DNA of 64,000 nucleotides from an uncultured Bacteroidales bacterium (GTDB lineage Bacteria > Bacteroidota > Bacteroidia > Bacteroidales > VadinHA17): NCBI GenBank assembly GCA_963746685.1, contig CAVVBY010000035.1, positions 71,742 through 135,741 of the forward strand. The letters run 5' to 3'. Shown one piece after another: positions 17,735 through 26,504 of the stretch. Under the pieces are notes generated by a model. That model was given only the letters and a program-made list of their open reading frames with translations, was not told where the DNA came from and searched no databases. Position numbers and translations under genes: made by a program. Each line of letters begins with the position of its first letter. The stretch's first letter is position 1.

Positions 17735-18739
17735 ATGACGATTTCTGTAACTTTTAAGAATATGAAATCCGAATTTGTTAGGATCCTTACAAATTCGGGT
17801 TTTACTGAAAGCAAAGCTGACCAGTGCGCTGATATATTTGCTCTAAACAGTCTCGAAGGAGTTTATTCACATGGAGTAAACCGGTTTCCAAGGTTTGTCA
17901 TGAACGTTAAAAATGGATATGTGAAACCAGATGCTGCACCAGCACTGATTAAAAGCTTAGGATCACTCGAGCAATGGAACGGGAACCTGGGTCCTGGACC
18001 ATTAAATGCCTTGTTTGCAACCGAAAGAGCTATGGAACTGGCTTCCCTATACGGCGTCGGACTGGTGGCTATGGGAAACACCAACCATTGGATGAGAGGA
18101 GGTACCTATGGATGGAAAGCAGCCAGAAAAGGATTCTCATTTTTAGGATGGACTAACACCGAAGCTAATATGCCTGCATGGGGTGCAAAAGATTTTCGTC
18201 TTGGCAATAATCCGCTTGTTTTTGCGGTACCATATGGAAATGAGGCTATTGTACTGGACTTTGCAATGTCTCAGTTTTCTTATGGCAAACTCGAAATTTA
18301 TCAGCTTGAAGGGAAACAACTGCCGTATCCCGGAGGATTTAATAAAAAAGGTAATCTTACAACTTGTCCAGGGGAAATCATCGAAACCAGACGTGCCCTT
18401 CCGATAGGATATTGGAAAGGATCCGGACTTTCCCTTCTCCTGGATATTTTGGCTTCCATTGTTTCAGGTGGGTTTTCAACCTTTGAAATTTCCCAAAAGG
18501 AAGCAGAATATTCACTTTCGCAAGTATTTATCGCAATAAGCCTTGAAAACCTTTCCAATCGTGAGCACATTGAAACAACTGTCCATGATATTCTTAAGAA
18601 CTATAAGGAATCGGATCCTGCAGAATCAGGGATTGAAATAAGATTCCCTGGAGAAAATGTGGTTAAAGTGAGGGAGGACAATACAAAAAATGGGATCCCT
18701 GTAAACCAGACTGTTTGGGAAGCAATACTGGCCTTGTAA
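17735..18739 (+). CDS. dlgD: 2,3-diketo-L-gulonate reductase-like (Ldh_2 family, YiaK/DlgD-like)
   Basis: Close collinear resemblance to E. coli YiaK: GVYSHGVNRFPRF, NTNHWMRGGTYGW, WGAKDFRLGNNPL, LPIGYWKGSGLS. Start taken at MTISVTF. Confidence 0.8.
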   Translation: MTISVTFKNMKSEFVRILTNSGFTESKADQCADIFALNSLEGVYSHGVNRFPRFVMNVKNGYVKPDAAPALIKSLGSLEQWNGNLGPGPLNALFATERAMELASLYGVGLVAMGNTNHWMRGGTYGWKAARKGFSFLGWTNTEANMPAWGAKDFRLGNNPLVFAVPYGNEAIVLDFAMSQFSYGKLEIYQLEGKQLPYPGGFNKKGNLTTCPGEIIETRRALPIGYWKGSGLSLLLDILASIVSGGFSTFEISQKEAEYSLSQVFIAISLENLSNREHIETTVHDILKNYKESDPAESGIEIRFPGENVVKVREDNTKNGIPVNQTVWEAILAL

Positions 18740-18743
18740 AGTC

Positions 18744-19217
18744 CTAAAGCTCTTCTTTCCTGAATTCTAATTTTAAGTCATTGAGTGTGCAAAAGTTCTC
18801 AATCCCTTTTTTAATGGGTTCTATAATATCGGTATAGGTGGTTCCGAATCTCATTATGCTCTTTTTTCCTGATTTCAGGAAAATAACCATACTGAGAGGG
18901 AATATCTCAACTTTCTTAATGTCAGATGCGTTTAACTCCTTAGATGGAAGCAGCGAATTCTTCTTGAACTTCAGGGTCGACTGACCGATCTCGATGAATT
19001 TATCTCCTTTTCCAAGACCTGAATTTATCTGGTACCAGGCAAATCCAAGGAGGAAAATAATTGAGAACCAAAGGGTGCTGTTCGACTTCAGTGAATCAAG
19101 ATTCAGAATTAACCAGATAACAGCCAGTACAGCGCAGATTAAACCAAAAACAATCTGAAATATCCTGATAAACCTGTTGTTTCTGTTTACTTCAAGTGAA
19201 AAAAAAGTATTCTCCAT
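18744..19217 (-). CDS. hypothetical membrane protein
   Basis: Two N-terminal hydrophobic helices followed by a soluble domain. No recognisable family. Confidence 0.5.
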   Translation of the reverse strand: MENTFFSLEVNRNNRFIRIFQIVFGLICAVLAVIWLILNLDSLKSNSTLWFSIIFLLGFAWYQINSGLGKGDKFIEIGQSTLKFKKNSLLPSKELNASDIKKVEIFPLSMVIFLKSGKKSIMRFGTTYTDIIEPIKKGIENFCTLNDLKLEFRKEEL

Positions 19218-19304
19218 TTGCCTTTTATTACAATTTTTTCTTTTTCATCTATAGCTCAAAAATACTTTATTTGTTGGTTATAACAGGTAAAACTTATCTC
19301 TGAA

Positions 19305-19312
19305 TAAATTTG
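19305..19312 (+). promoter_or_regulatory. candidate -7 promoter element TAAATTTG
   Basis: Matches TAnnTTTG, 85 nt upstream of the MFS gene start. Confidence 0.25.
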
Positions 19313-19396
19313 AGGTACTGTAAATATAATTAATTTTAAAGGCAGTAAACTCTGACGAAATTCCATCACCCATCAACCTTATACAAACTTATATCC

Positions 19397-20641
19397 ATGA
19401 AACGTAACTACTACCTCATCTTCCTCATTTTCCTGATCTTTTTTGCCATCTCCTTTCTTACAAATATTCTGGGATCGATCAATCCCAATGTAAGTGACAG
19501 TTTCTCACTAACCGGAACAATGACAGGTATGCTGCCATTCTCATTCTTTATTGCATATGGCTTAATGTCAATACCTGCCGGGATGATAATTCAGAAATAC
19601 CATGAAAAAAAGAGCCTGACATTTTCCTGGATCCTCTCATTTGCTGGAGCTATGCTGTTTTCTCTTTTCCCGACTTTTCCGGTTTTCTTATGTTCTTTGT
19701 TTATGATTGGTTGCGGAATGGCAATCATGCAGGTTGCTATTTATCCACTGTTGAGGACTGCCGGCGGTGAAGAGCATTTTGCTTTTAATTCGGTGATTGC
19801 CCAGCTTGTCTTTGGTGCTGCTTCTTTTCTGAGTCCTTTCGTTTATTCATATCTGGTTCTTGGCCTCGGAAATCAGCAGGCAAATGATGCATTTTTGATC
19901 AGGCTTATGGCGTCCCTGACACCACAAAAACTGCCGTGGGTCTCAATATACCTGCTTTTTACGATAATAAGTCTTTTAATGGCCACAATAATTCTTGTAA
20001 CACGCTTTCCCAGGGTGCAGCTTAAGGAGGAAGAAATTGTAGGGGCATGGGATACACATGTTGAATTATTCAAACAGAAAAAGGTATTACTTTTCTTTTT
20101 CGGTATATTCTGCTATGTGGGTACTGAACAGGGAATTGCGAACTGGATCTCTGAATTTCTGAGAACCTACCATGGTCTGACACCTGAAGTTGAAGGGGCA
20201 AGAGCAGTCGGACTCTTCTGGGGTATGATGACAGTCGGCTGTGTTCTGGGATTGTTCTTACTAAAGGTAATGGACAGCAAGATCGTATTACGGATATTTA
20301 CTCTGGCAGCTCTGATTATACTGACATTCACGCTTTTCGGCAGGGTTGAATTTGCCCTTTTCGGTTTCCCTGCTCTCGGCTTTTGCCTGTCGGTGATGTA
20401 CGCAATCATTTTCTCACTTGCACTTAACAGTGTTTCAAAGTCGCACGGATCATTTGCAGGCATACTATGTACAGGAATTGCCGGAGGTGCAATAGTCTCT
20501 TTGCTTATCGGGAAGCTAAAGGATGTTATTGGACTTCAGGCCGGAATGACCGTACTGTATCTTACTTTAGGTTATATTCTGAGCCTCAGCTTCTGGGCAA
20601 AACCGATAATAACGAATGCAACTATAAAAAGGAAGAAGTAA
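19397..20641 (+). CDS. MFS sugar transporter (FucP / glucose-galactose transporter-like)
   Basis: About 12 predicted TM segments. The N-terminal pattern resembles FucP-type MFS permeases. Confidence 0.75.
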   Translation: MKRNYYLIFLIFLIFFAISFLTNILGSINPNVSDSFSLTGTMTGMLPFSFFIAYGLMSIPAGMIIQKYHEKKSLTFSWILSFAGAMLFSLFPTFPVFLCSLFMIGCGMAIMQVAIYPLLRTAGGEEHFAFNSVIAQLVFGAASFLSPFVYSYLVLGLGNQQANDAFLIRLMASLTPQKLPWVSIYLLFTIISLLMATIILVTRFPRVQLKEEEIVGAWDTHVELFKQKKVLLFFFGIFCYVGTEQGIANWISEFLRTYHGLTPEVEGARAVGLFWGMMTVGCVLGLFLLKVMDSKIVLRIFTLAALIILTFTLFGRVEFALFGFPALGFCLSVMYAIIFSLALNSVSKSHGSFAGILCTGIAGGAIVSLLIGKLKDVIGLQAGMTVLYLTLGYILSLSFWAKPIITNATIKRKK

Positions 20642-20720
20642 TTTAATAATACATCCCATGGAAAAAACATGGCAGTAAAGCCGCTTGGGAAATCTTCAAA
20701 ATAGTCTATAATTAATTGTA

Positions 20721-22232
20721 ATGAAATCAAATAATAAAACAGGTTTTTCAAGGCGTAATTTTGTAAAAACTGCTGCAACAGGGACTGCTGCAATAACTCT
20801 TCTTCCAAACTTTACTGTCAGTGGACTGGGACATGTCGCTCCCAGTGATAAACTTCTTATTGCAGCCGTCGGTTGCGGTGGTGAAGGAGCTGATGACATC
20901 CGGCATTATTCTATTGCACCAAAGAAAAATGCAGAGATTGCTTTTCTCTGCGATGTTGATGACAGGCAGGCTGCACCAAGAATCAAGGAGTTTCCTAAAG
21001 CGAAGTTCTATCATGACTGGCGAGAAATGTTCGACAAGGAGAGCAAAAACTTTGATGCTGTCTCTGTCGCTATCCCTGACCACAATCATGCGATTGTTGG
21101 CTTGAGTGCCATGCAGCTTAAAAAACACCTGTATCTTCAGAAACCTCTTACTCATGATATTTATGAAGCCCGTATTCTTACACGAGGCTTCTGAAAAATA
21201 TCAGGTAGTTACGCAAATGGGTGATCAGGGTGCTTCATGTGATGGTATGCGAACTCTTAGAGAATGGATTGAAGCAGATGTACTTGGAGATATTGAAAAA
21301 GTATATTGCTGGACTGACCGTCCTGTCTGGCCACAGGGAATTCCCTGGCCGACAAACGCATCCTGCAGTACCCACAGAACTAAAATGGGATCTCTGGCTG
21401 GGAACTGCCGAAGAAACCGATTATATTGATAATCTGGTTCCTTTTAACTGGAGAGGCTGGTGGCGGTTTGGAACAGGTGCACTCGGCGATATGGGTTGTC
21501 ATATTATGGGACCTCCGTTCAAACTTCTTAAACTTGGATATCCCACTGAAGTATCATGCAGTGCAAGCACTGTTTATAATGGCATTTTTACTGAAGGTAT
21601 ATATCCTGAAAGCGGACCTGTATCAAGTTCAGTCCGCTTTAAGTACGAGTTGAAAAACGGAAAGAGCCTTGATCTTTACTGGATGGATGGTGGAATAACT
21701 CCTGAACGTCCTTTGAAATTGATCCGGATATGAATATGAATGATATTATGGGTGATTGGCCGGGTCTGAATGATTATGAAGGAGCAACATTATTTATCGG
21801 AACAAAAGGAAAAGCTGCCTGTGGTTGGGGTGGACGCAATCCGATTCTCTTGCCGCTTTCAAGAAATAAAGATATAAATATCCCAAAAAAATATCCGCGT
21901 GTGAAGGTGATATGGATGGCCACTGGTGGCAGTGGATTGATGCCTGCATAGCTGGATATGGAAATGCTGAAGTTGATTCTCCTTTTGTAGGATATGCCGG
22001 TCCACTGACTGAAACCGTTCTGATGGGTAACCTGTTACTGAGAAGCTTCAATATCCGGAAAAAGATAACAAGAAAGGATCCTGTTTACGGAGAAATGGAA
22101 GGATTGATTTTCCCGGGCCGTTATATTTCATATAAGTGGGATGGTGCAAATATGAGAATTACAAATTTCGAACAGGCCAACCAGTTTGTCAAAAGAGAAT
22201 ACAGAAAAGGCTGGGGTGAGATCAAAATCTGA
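20721..22232 (+). pseudogene. Tat-exported Gfo/Idh/MocA oxidoreductase, copy 1, broken by four frame changes
   Basis: Intact Tat signal FSRRNFVKTAATGTAA. Collinear with copy 2 (23539..25033) only if the reading frame moves 0>1 (~21180-21186), 1>2 (~21355-21361), 2>1 (T3 at 21712-21714) and 1>0 (~21885-21905). Confidence 0.8.
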
Positions 22233-22377
22233 GGAACAATAGCCGCGGCACGCTTGTTTTTACCAATCCCGTTAACTGCAATTAATGCCAATCCAAACCT
22301 GACACAGAATCCAGGTTATTAAAAAAGGTTAAAACAGTATCCTTTTAGATACTTTGTCCAAAATGTAATTAAATTTG

Positions 22378-22402
22378 AGAGGGTGTTTCGAGAACACCCT
22401 CT
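22378..22402 (+). terminator. hairpin agagggtgtt-tcgag-aacaccctct
   Basis: Perfect 10-bp stem in the spacer between the two degraded genes. The following T-run is only weak. Confidence 0.4.
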
Positions 22403-22480
22403 TAATTATTTAATGAGAACCTGTTTATCAAACGTGTTTATCGTAAATCGAATTTATAAATCTTAACCAATGTTATTCAA

Positions 22481-23316
22481 ATGAAAAAATCAGTGATTTT
22501 TGGATTAATGCTGTTACCTGGTCTTTTATGCCTTGGACAGCGTCCGACGCAGCAACCTCCTGCAACCAGACAGCAAACAACTACAGCTGCGACAGAGTCA
22601 GCGTGTACCTGAGGATTCAACAGTAAAGATGACTCACTTTCAGACAGAAATTTGGGATCCGGAAATCCCAATGGTGCAACCAGCTGCTAAAATTGGTGAT
22701 CCACCAGCTGATGCGATCATTTATTTGATGGAACGGACATTAATAAAGAATGGGAAGAAGCTCCGAGGTGGTGTTAAGCCAGCAACCTGGATTATAAATG
22801 ATGGAGCAATGGTGTCGGTTAAGGGTTCCGGCTCATTAAAAACAAAGCGTGTTTTTAACGATTTCCAGCTGCATGTAGAATGGAAAACTCCTTCTGAAAT
22901 AACAGGTTCAAGTCAGGGCAGGGGAAACAGCGGTGTTTATTTTACAGGATTTGTACGAAGTGCAGGTACTGGATAGCTGGCATAATCGTACATATCGTAA
23001 TGGCCAGGCCGGAGCTTTTTACAAGCAATATGCTCCGCTTGTAAATGCCAGCAGAAAACCAGGAGAATGGCAGACCTACGATATCGTGTACACTGCTCCC
23101 CGCTTTGGTAAAGACAGCACCACTTATTTTACTCCGCCAAGGGCAACTGTATTTCACAATGGCATATTAATTCAGAACAATGTAGCTTTGCGTGGTCCGA
23201 CTACGTTTGTTGGAATTCCGGAATATCTTATCAGGAAACATGGTGCCGGCAGTATACAATTGCAGCAGCATGGAAATCCGGTTGCATTCAGAAATATCTG
23301 GATAAGGGAACTTTAA
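22481..23316 (+). pseudogene. DUF1080 (3-keto-disaccharide hydrolase-like) protein, copy 1, four frame changes
   Basis: The signal peptide MKKSVIFGLMLLPGLLC is in one frame and the body in another. An internal compensated pair lies at 22719-22764. The last shift is at T4 22940-22943 (GNSGVY / LQDLYEVQVLDSW). Copy 2 is intact. Confidence 0.8.
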
Positions 23317-23325
23317 ATTGTATGA

Positions 23326-23450
23326 CCAGTTGCTGGGTCTGGGTGCTGGTTGCTAGTTGGATAAATTGAGATTAATGATTTTTATTAATTATATAATTAA
23401 AACATTCAACTTGTTGAAAAACAACAAGCAACGAGCAACAAGCAACAAGC
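23326..23450. repeat. paired heptamer arrays (G/T-rich arm 23326-23360, A/C-rich arm 23421-23450) followed by TTTTATTTG
   Basis: ccagttg ctgggtc tgggtgc tggttgc tagttgg ... acaacaa gcaacga gcaacaa gcaacaa gc. The arms are partly complementary. The element starts 10 nt after the stop at 23314-23316. Confidence 0.75.
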
Positions 23451-23608
23451 TACTTTTATTTGTTAATTGAAATCATATAAGAAATTATTAATTTTACAGA
23501 ATAAATCCAACTTAACAACAAATTTAAAATACCTGACAATGAAAGAAAATTCAAAACACATTTACACGCCGCGAATTTATTGGAGCAACCGGTGCTATTG
23601 CAGCAGGG

Positions 23609-25033
23609 TTGACAATACTTCCGAGCTCCGTTGTAAGCGGATTAGGCCACAGGGCTCCGAGCGACAAGCTTAATATTGCTGTTGTCGGAATCGGTGGAAT
23701 GGGAAATTCAAACCTGAAGAATGTTGCCCCTACAGAGAATATAGTAGCTCTATGCGATGTTGACTGGGGATACGCCAAAAAAGTCTTTGAAGCAAATCCC
23801 AACGCAAAGGCATACTGGGACTGGCGCAAGATGTTTGATGAAATGGGTAAATCAATTGATGCAGTTATTGTTGCAACTGCCGACCACTCTCACTGTGTCG
23901 TAGCTTCCAATGCAATAACTTTGGGCAAACATGTCTACGTCCAGAAACCTTTGACTCATTCAGTTTATGAATCAAGGTTGCTTACCAAACTTGCCGCAAA
24001 ATACAAGGTTGCAACCCAGATGGGCAACCAGGGTTCCTCCGACGAGGGAGTGAATCAGACTATTGAATGGCTGCAAGCTGGCGAAATTGGTGATGTCAGA
24101 AAGGTAGAAGCATTTACCGACCGGCCTATCTGGCCACAGGGACTTAATGTTCCAAAAGGTGAGTGGGTTCCCGAAACACTTAACTGGGATCTCTTTATTG
24201 GTCCGGCAAAAATGCGTCCATATAATAGTCTTTACACTCCGTGGAACTGGAGAGGATGGTGGGACTTTGGGACTGGTGCACTTGGTGACATGGCCTGCCA
24301 TATTCTTCATCCTGTTTTCAAGGGACTTCAACTTCAATATCCAATAAAAGCACAGGGTAGTTCAACATTACTTCTAACAGATTGTGCACCAAATGCTCAG
24401 ATGGTTACTCTGATTTATCCTGAACGGGTTACAGCGAAAAATGCTAAAATGAAACTTCCACAGGTTGAGGTTACGTGGTATGATGGTGGTCTTCAACCTA
24501 CAAAACCAACCGGTTGGCCTGCAGGTAAAAATATGAATGACGGTGGTGGCGCTGTAATTTTCCATGGCACAAAAGATAAACTGATATGTGGATGCTACGG
24601 CAAAGATCCATGGCTCCTGTCTGGCCGTAAACCTGTAGTTCCCAAGACTGAAAGAAGAATTGAGAATGCAATGAGAGGCGGACATGAAATGGATTGGGTA
24701 CGTGCCTGCAAAGAGAGTGCTGATAGCAGAGTTAAAACAAAATCTGATTTCTCAGAAGCTGGTCCATTCAACGAAATGGTTGTTATGGGCGTTCTTGCTG
24801 TAAGACTTCAGGGACTGAATAAAGAACTCGAATGGAATGGTGAAAAAATGGAATTCACAAATATCGGCGCAGAGGACAAGGTAAGGCTTACCATCTCAGA
24901 TAATTTCACAATCATTGATGGCGATCCTAAATTCAACAGACCAAACCTCACTCTGGATGCCAGACAGTTCGCATCAGAAATGATTAAGCATACTTATCGT
25001 CCGGGATTTACATTACCCCCAATGCCTGCTTAA
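23609..25033 (+). CDS. Tat-exported Gfo/Idh/MocA oxidoreductase, copy 2 (glycoside 3-dehydrogenase-like)
   Basis: NIAVVGIGGMGNSN Rossmann motif plus conserved PLTHSVYE and WNWRGWWDFGTGALGDMACH. The in-frame upstream sequence encodes TFTRREFIGATGAIAAG (Tat motif) but has no start codon. The ATG at 23539 is one frame off across A4 at 23553-23556. Confidence 0.85.
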   Translation: MTILPSSVVSGLGHRAPSDKLNIAVVGIGGMGNSNLKNVAPTENIVALCDVDWGYAKKVFEANPNAKAYWDWRKMFDEMGKSIDAVIVATADHSHCVVASNAITLGKHVYVQKPLTHSVYESRLLTKLAAKYKVATQMGNQGSSDEGVNQTIEWLQAGEIGDVRKVEAFTDRPIWPQGLNVPKGEWVPETLNWDLFIGPAKMRPYNSLYTPWNWRGWWDFGTGALGDMACHILHPVFKGLQLQYPIKAQGSSTLLLTDCAPNAQMVTLIYPERVTAKNAKMKLPQVEVTWYDGGLQPTKPTGWPAGKNMNDGGGAVIFHGTKDKLICGCYGKDPWLLSGRKPVVPKTERRIENAMRGGHEMDWVRACKESADSRVKTKSDFSEAGPFNEMVVMGVLAVRLQGLNKELEWNGEKMEFTNIGAEDKVRLTISDNFTIIDGDPKFNRPNLTLDARQFASEMIKHTYRPGFTLPPMPA

Positions 25034-25052
25034 GTAATTCAATAATTTAAAT

Positions 25053-25082
25053 GATAGAGACGGAATGAATTCCGTCTCTATC
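25053..25082 (+). terminator. hairpin gatagagacggaat-ga-attccgtctctatc
   Basis: Perfect 14-nt inverted repeat 20 nt after the stop of the oxidoreductase gene. The U-tract is modest. Confidence 0.5.
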
Positions 25083-25108
25083 TCATTATAAACATTAATT
25101 TATTTATT

Positions 25109-25867
25109 ATGAAACAGATAAACATAATTCTTTCATGTGTTCTGGTTCTCGGACTTGCAGCATCATGCGGTTCAAAAGGTAAAAAAGTGGAAAAAGAAGC
25201 TGCTAAAACAGAACAGGCAGCAGCTCCGGCAGATAACTGGATGGTACTTTTTGACGGGACTTCAACTGCAGGTTGGCGGGGTTACGAAAAGACCACATTC
25301 CCTCCGCTGGGATGGGAGGTAGTTGATGGCACTCTGCATTGTATCGCCTCTGGTAATGGTGAAGCTGGCGGACCCGGAGGTGATCTCATCTACGACAAAA
25401 AGTTCAGCAATTTTGAACTCTCTTTTGAATGGAAAATAGGTCAGGGTGGAAACAGCGGAGTCTTTATCTTGGCTCAGGAGATACCAAATGAACCTATCTG
25501 GAAGTCTGGCCTTGAGATGCAGATCCTGGATAATGACAAACATCCTGACGCTCTGCTGGGTATAAACGGAAACCGAAAGGCAGGATCTCTTTATGACCTG
25601 TTACCTGCCAATCCGCAAAATACTAAACCAGCAGGTGAATGGAATCAGGCTGGCATTTTATGCTACCAGGGAACTGTTGTATTTAAACAAAACAGTGCAA
25701 ATGTTGTTGAATTCCACCTCTGGACAGAAGACTGGAAGAAAATGGTTGAAGCTTCAAAATTCAAAGAATTTCCAGCATTTCTTAATCCTGCACATGAAGG
25801 TTACATAGGCCTTCAGGATCATGGCAGCGATGTATGGTTCAGGAATATTAAAATCAAGGAAATGTAA
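25109..25867 (+). CDS. DUF1080 (3-keto-disaccharide hydrolase-like) lipoprotein, copy 2
   Basis: Lipobox LAASC, VLFDGTSTAGWRG, GNSGVFI, EMQILDN, and the C-terminal GYIGLQDHGSDVWFRNIKIKE typical of the family. Confidence 0.85.
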   Translation: MKQINIILSCVLVLGLAASCGSKGKKVEKEAAKTEQAAAPADNWMVLFDGTSTAGWRGYEKTTFPPLGWEVVDGTLHCIASGNGEAGGPGGDLIYDKKFSNFELSFEWKIGQGGNSGVFILAQEIPNEPIWKSGLEMQILDNDKHPDALLGINGNRKAGSLYDLLPANPQNTKPAGEWNQAGILCYQGTVVFKQNSANVVEFHLWTEDWKKMVEASKFKEFPAFLNPAHEGYIGLQDHGSDVWFRNIKIKEM

Positions 25868-26498
25868 TTTTATCCTGAATATAATTTATGATGATAGGGG
25901 TGTTGCATGCAACACCCTTTAGTATTTTACACCCTAACCCAATCTTCTCTGCCACCTCCCTCATCCCCATTATACAATCGGTTATCAACTCATCAAGACT
26001 GACACCGAGCATAGCTGCACCTTTTTCTATCACCGTCCTGTCAACGCCGGCTGCAAACCTTTTGTCGTTCCATTTCTTTCTGACCGACCGTGTCTCCATG
26101 TCAAGAACACTTTTAGATGGCCTGACAAGTGCGCTGGTAGCCACCAGTCCTGTCAGTTCATCAATTGCATAAATAGTCTTTTCAAGCTTCGATACCGGTA
26201 CAATATCTGACGCGAGCTCCCATCCATGGCTTAATACAGCTCTTATGTACTCTTCCGGCCACCTGTTTTCTTTCAGAATTTTTTCAGTCATTTTGCAGTG
26301 CTGTTCCGGATACATTTCATAATCAAGATCATGTATCAATCCTATGATTCCCCACTTTTCTTCATCCTCACCTGCTTTTCTTGCCATATACTTCATAACG
26401 CCTTCCACAGCAAAGGCATGCTTTAACAGGCTTTCAGACTTATTGTATTTTCTAAGGAGAGCTAAAGCCTCTTCATGCGTGGGAATGATTTCACTCAT
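25854..26498 (-). CDS. HD-domain phosphohydrolase
   Basis: H...HD motif (LKHAFAVEG ... GLIHDLDYE), about 214 aa. The 3' end overlaps the convergent gene by 14 nt. Confidence 0.7.
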   Translation of the reverse strand: MSEIIPTHEEALALLRKYNKSESLLKHAFAVEGVMKYMARKAGEDEEKWGIIGLIHDLDYEMYPEQHCKMTEKILKENRWPEEYIRAVLSHGWELASDIVPVSKLEKTIYAIDELTGLVATSALVRPSKSVLDMETRSVRKKWNDKRFAAGVDRTVIEKGAAMLGVSLDELITDCIMGMREVAEKIGLGCKILKGVACNTPIIINYIQDKITFP

Positions 26499-26504
26499 GA
26501 CACT

